From Mobula hypostoma (lineage: Eukaryota): a stretch of DNA of 64,000 nt. The notes under the pieces are model-generated. The model saw only the letters and a program-made list of their open reading frames with translations, was not told where the DNA came from and searched no databases. The position numbers were made by a program, and so were the translations under genes. Positions 62,500 through 64,000 of the stretch are shown in pieces. Location: positions 10,046,001 to 10,110,000 of the forward strand of contig NC_086101.1 in NCBI RefSeq assembly GCF_963921235.1, written 5' to 3'. Every line of letters begins with the position of its first letter. Position 1 is the stretch's first letter.

Positions 62500-64000
62500 C
62501 ACCTCTTCCTAGAGATGCTGCCTAGCCTGCTGCGTTCACCAGCAACTTTAATGTGTGTTGCTTGAATTTCCAGCATCTCCAGAATTCCTGTTGTCTTGGG
62601 CATTCAGCTCACTCTCTTGAGATCCATTAGCTGCTGCAACTTATTTTCTGTTACTTATCTATTTAATACTGTTTTTCTATCACTGTCTTGTTTTTATCTA
62701 CCGCTTTATTTAATTGCCTGGGAGGAAGTCAAACAGAGTTTCATTGTACCTATGTATAATGACGATAAAGATCATTCAATTCAATTCAATTATTTTCCCA
62801 ATCGATCTGCATGTTAAAATTTCCCATGACTACAATAACGTTGTCCTCTCGACATGCTTTTTCTACTTCCTGTAGTAATCTGTGGTCCACATCCCAGCCA
62901 CTGTTGCGAAGCCTGTATATCACAGCCATCAGAGTCCTTTTACCCTTGCAGTTTCTTAACTCAACCCACAAGGATCTTCCAGTCCTATGTCACATCTCTT
63001 TCTACTGATTTGATGCCATTCTTTACCAGTAAAGCCACACCACCCCCTCTACCTACCTTCCTATCCCTCCGATATAACATGTAACTTTGGGCATTCAGCT
63101 CCCAACTACAACCATCCTTCAGCCACGATTCAGTGATGGCCACATCATCACACCTGGCAATCTGTAATAGTGCAACAAGACCATCCACCTTATTTCTTAT
63201 ACTCCTTGTGTACTGTATTTTCTACCCTTTTAGATTTTGCATCCCTAATATACTGATACTCACCCTGATGGCTGCGACTAAGTCCCATCACCTGCCTGCC
63301 CTTCCTGATAGTCTGACTGCACACTGTCTTTACTTTTTTACCATCCGTCCTATCCTGAGTCCCTTCACTCTGGTTCCCAACATCCTGCCAAATTAGTTTA
63401 AACCCTCCCCAACAGCTCTAACAAACCTGCTGCAAGAATATTGGTTCCCCTCGGGTTCAGGTGCAACTTGTCACTTTTGAACAGGTTGTACCCCCCACAG
63501 AAGAGATCCCAATGATCCAAGAACCTAAAGCCCTGTCCCTGCACCAGCTTCTCAGCCACGCATTTAACTGCAATGTTTCTACCCTCACTGGTGTGTGGCA
63601 CAGGCAGCAATCCAGAAATTACTGCCCTGGAGGTCCTACTTTACAGCTTTCTACCTAATGTCACAATTGGAATGGGGAACTTCAATATGCAAGGGGACTG
63701 GGAAAATTAGTGAGGGAATTTGTAGAATGCCTACAGGATTGCTTTATTCAGCAGCTTGTGTTTGAGCCTACTCGGGGAAACGTTATCTTAGATTGGGTGT
63801 TGTGTAATAACCCAGATCTTATAATGGGGCTTAATGTAAAGGAACCCTAAGGAGGCAGTGATCATAGTATGATTGAATTCATACTGCATTTTGAGAGGGA
63901 GAAGCACATGTCATGTTTATCAGTATCACAATGGAATAAAGGGAATTAGAGAGGCCTGGTAGAGGAGCTTTCCCAGGAGGATTGGAGGGGGATGATGGCA

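Larger units (their letters stand above)
62340..62593. mobile_element. Penelope-like insertion made of two inverted terminal repeats
   Basis: Arms of about 110 bp; 13-bp TSD tcttgggcattca (62327-62339 and 62594-62606). Confidence 0.85.
61540..63660 (-). mobile_element. CR1 fragment (ORF1 esterase end and ORF2 endonuclease) in the copy 3 intron
   Basis: GFRFLDHWDLF...LHLNPRGTNIL; DVAITESWL; WVELRNCKGK. Confidence 0.8.

Overview
Eukaryotic, intron-rich and repeat-dense vertebrate DNA. The repeat families suggest a cartilaginous fish such as a ray (inference). The window covers part of a cluster of RING/B-box/coiled-coil/PRY-SPRY (B30.2) TRIM genes. Copy 1 (+) shows its last three exons intact at 446-2018. 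Copy 2 (-) is a complete six-exon gene at 24664-13991 with a RING Cys-to-Trp change and a frameshifted PRY-SPRY exon. Copy 3 (-) shows only its PRY-SPRY exon at 60368-59826, carrying an independent early frameshift. Between copies 2 and 3 lie a CpG-rich CCAAT/GC-box promoter with a spliced first exon, a possible decayed Ig-V exon, and an endogenous retrovirus env (ISD plus TM) remnant with a putative LTR. Most of the rest is nested transposable elements: CR1, Rex1/Babar, L2, RTE, Tx1, Penelope-like elements, Tc1, hAT, PIF/Harbinger and a tRNA-SINE. The Penelope-like terminal repeats carry minimal type I hammerhead ribozyme cores, four of them fully intact, including one back-to-back inverted pair. 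Most short ORFs in the supplied track are TE debris or antisense shadows. Repeat boundaries without a stated TSD are approximate.
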